A stretch of 64,000 bases of DNA from positions 6,392 to 70,391 of the forward strand of contig CAZTTU010000002.1 in NCBI GenBank assembly GCA_964616045.1, given 5' to 3'. Positions 62,467 to 64,000 of this stretch are shown piece by piece. The notes under the pieces are model-generated. The model ran no database searches. It saw only the letters and a program-made list of their open reading frames with translations, and had not been told where the DNA came from. Both the position numbers and the translations under genes were made by a program. Positions within the stretch are counted from its first letter, which is position 1, and each line of letters begins with the position of its first letter. The DNA comes from an uncultured Verrucomicrobiota bacterium (GTDB taxonomy: Bacteria > Verrucomicrobiota > Verrucomicrobiia > Limisphaerales > UBA1100).

Positions 62467-63612
62467 CTACGCTTGCGTAATATTTTCACGGAAAAGAGTG
62501 AAAAGAGACTGTGAATCATGTGGGCCGGGCGACGCTTCCGGATGATATTGCACGCTGAATATCGGTTTAGAGCGGTGGCGAAGACCTTCAATTGTTTGGT
62601 CGTTTAAGTTAATCCTGTCAACCTGGATTTCGCTTGGAATACTTTCAGTTTTGATCGCGAAACCATGGTTTTGCGCTGTGATTTCGATCCGGTTGCTATT
62701 CAAATCCTTAACAGGATGATTCGCTCCTCGATGACCAAACTTTAGCTTAAAAGTTTTTGCCCCCAACGCCTGCCCTAATATTTGGTGGCCAAGGCAAATG
62801 CCAAAAATTGGTAGGCCATGATCAATCAGTGCCTTTACATTCTTTACTGCGTAATGCAGTGCACTTGGATCGCCGGGGCCATTGGAAAGAAACAACCCAG
62901 CTGGTTTATAGCTCAGCACTTCGTCAACATTTGTGTGGGCGGGCACAACCCGTACACGGAATCCGTGTCTTCTGAGGCAACGCAGAATATTGTACTTCAC
63001 GCCAAAATCGAACGCGACAATTGGTATATCAGCTGGGGGTAACGGAGTGGGAGTGGGCAAAGGTTTATCACCCTGCGGCAAAATGAATTCGTCACTAGGC
63101 TGATCGTGATCATTCCATTCAAAACTTTTGTGGTGGGTCACTTTTTTCGCGTAATCAAGGCCAACCAACCCCGGCCAGTCAGTAGCTTGTTTTTTAGCTT
63201 CACGATCGGAAATGCCTCCGGAGCTAATTACGCCGTTCATAGCACCACGCACACGAAGTTTTTTGGTCAATGCTCGAGTATCGACGCCTTCAATTCCCGG
63301 AATTTTGTTCTGTTTCAGGTAATCACTTAGGGGCTCTCGGGCTCGCCAGCTACTCGTCACGGGGGAAAGTTCGTGCACCACAAAACCTGACACGTGCGGT
63401 TGATACGATTCAATGTCCTCTGGGTTTACCCCGTAGTTTCCAATTTCCGGGTAAGTCATCGTCACAATCTGTCCTTTATAGGATGGGTCTGTGAGTATCT
63501 CCTGATAGCCAGTAATGGAAGTGTTGAAGCACACCTCGCCGCAGGCTGTGGTGGAGGCGCCAAAACTTTTGCCGCGGTAAATGGTGCCGTCTTCGAGAGC
63601 GAGAATTGCCAT
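62467..63612 (-). CDS. carA: Carbamoyl-phosphate synthase small (glutaminase) subunit
   Basis: N-terminus ALEDGTIYRGKSFGA...GEVCFNTSITGYQEILTDPSY. Class-I amidotransferase triad region GICLGHQ...QYHPE. Confidence 0.95.
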   Translation of the reverse strand: MAILALEDGTIYRGKSFGASTTACGEVCFNTSITGYQEILTDPSYKGQIVTMTYPEIGNYGVNPEDIESYQPHVSGFVVHELSPVTSSWRAREPLSDYLKQNKIPGIEGVDTRALTKKLRVRGAMNGVISSGGISDREAKKQATDWPGLVGLDYAKKVTHHKSFEWNDHDQPSDEFILPQGDKPLPTPTPLPPADIPIVAFDFGVKYNILRCLRRHGFRVRVVPAHTNVDEVLSYKPAGLFLSNGPGDPSALHYAVKNVKALIDHGLPIFGICLGHQILGQALGAKTFKLKFGHRGANHPVKDLNSNRIEITAQNHGFAIKTESIPSEIQVDRINLNDQTIEGLRHRSKPIFSVQYHPEASPGPHDSQSLFTLFRENITQA

Positions 63613-63737
63613 GATCGGTCGTGAAACCGGCAGATACTAGAAGTCGATGGGCCAGGGGTCAAGTGGACACAAAAAAAGGCGTGCCACAGTTATTGGTGAG
63701 CCCGGTGAATAACCCAGCTCGCGTGTAGAGGCTACGG

Positions 63738-64000
63738 TTACTTAGCGTCTTCAAGCATCTTGATGTAACCCTCAACAGATGTTCTGCCAAAGCCCACCTT
63801 TTTCATGATTTCTTTTCCTGAGGCGTCCAAAAGGAATACGGTTGGGTAGCCGCGAATACCAAATTTTTTCGCTTGAGCCTTGTTGTAGGCGATTTGCTCC
63901 TTGGTCAGTTTGCTCTTGTTCCGCGGGAAGTCCAATTCTACCAGCACGAGGTTCTCTTTGGCGTAGGCCTTAAACTTGTCGGTATTGAATACGTTCTTTT
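63738..64000 (-). CDS. Thioredoxin-fold protein, C-terminal part (the 5' end lies outside the window)
   Basis: The frame is open to the window edge (KNVFNTDKFKAYAKENLVLVELDFP...). GYPTVFLLDASGKEI is typical of the cis-Pro loop region of thioredoxin-like (TlpA/DsbD-C type) domains. Confidence 0.55.
   Translation of the reverse strand, partial: KNVFNTDKFKAYAKENLVLVELDFPRNKSKLTKEQIAYNKAQAKKFGIRGYPTVFLLDASGKEIMKKVGFGRTSVEGYIKMLEDAK

Noticed and set aside
63661-63690. An A7 run (T7 on the minus strand, 63671-63677) downstream of the thioredoxin-like gene, as a terminator
   Set aside because: The flanking inverted repeats (GUGG...CCAC, 4 bp) place the U-run in the loop rather than after the stem, and no convincing GC-rich stem precedes it.

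Overview
This is a gene-dense stretch of bacterial chromosome with about 55 protein-coding genes and 2 tRNAs. I recognised no rRNA, CRISPR array, transposase or integrase. The gene content suggests the PVC superphylum, most likely Verrucomicrobiota. This is an inference from three things: a PSCyt/DUF1549/DUF1553 giant protein paired with a Tat-signal DUF1501 protein, an lpxC-fabZ fusion, and few Shine-Dalgarno sites. Almost everything is core housekeeping arranged in recognisable blocks. Those blocks are: uvrA(partial)-TPR; thiC; tRNA-Met-mreB-mreC-mreD-mrdA-rodA-rng followed by a tandem alpha/beta-hydrolase and an M90 peptidase; rpsO-pnp-lpxC/fabZ-lpxA; purA-uppS-cdsA-dxr-rseP-ispG; hybrid sensor kinase-HIT-phoH-ybeY-recO; accD-comF-CPBP protease; a sugar-type cluster (MFS, beta-propeller hydrolase-like, Gfo/Idh/MocA); and thrC, lysS, carA. 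I did not find a convincing novel multi-gene system such as a defence island, toxin-antitoxin pair or biosynthetic cluster. The observations most worth a second look are: (1) a secreted beta-propeller-like gene split by a one-base frameshift at a homopolymer; (2) a PNPase with a tandemly duplicated, diverged S1 domain; (3) a strong plus-strand intrinsic terminator about 190 nt from the nearest upstream plus-strand gene, which may mark an sRNA or long 3' UTR; (4) a 300-nt thiC leader in which I cannot find the canonical TPP-riboswitch core; (5) an ArsS-family radical SAM gene head-to-head with an SDR; (6) a kinase-fold protein with degenerate catalytic motifs; (7) a tRNA-Ser followed 9 nt later by an FHA-like/kinase/TM/zinc-ribbon gene; (8) several convergent gene pairs whose 3' ends overlap by 4, 49 or 53 nt. 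All functional calls come from reading motifs in the supplied translations. No database search was run.
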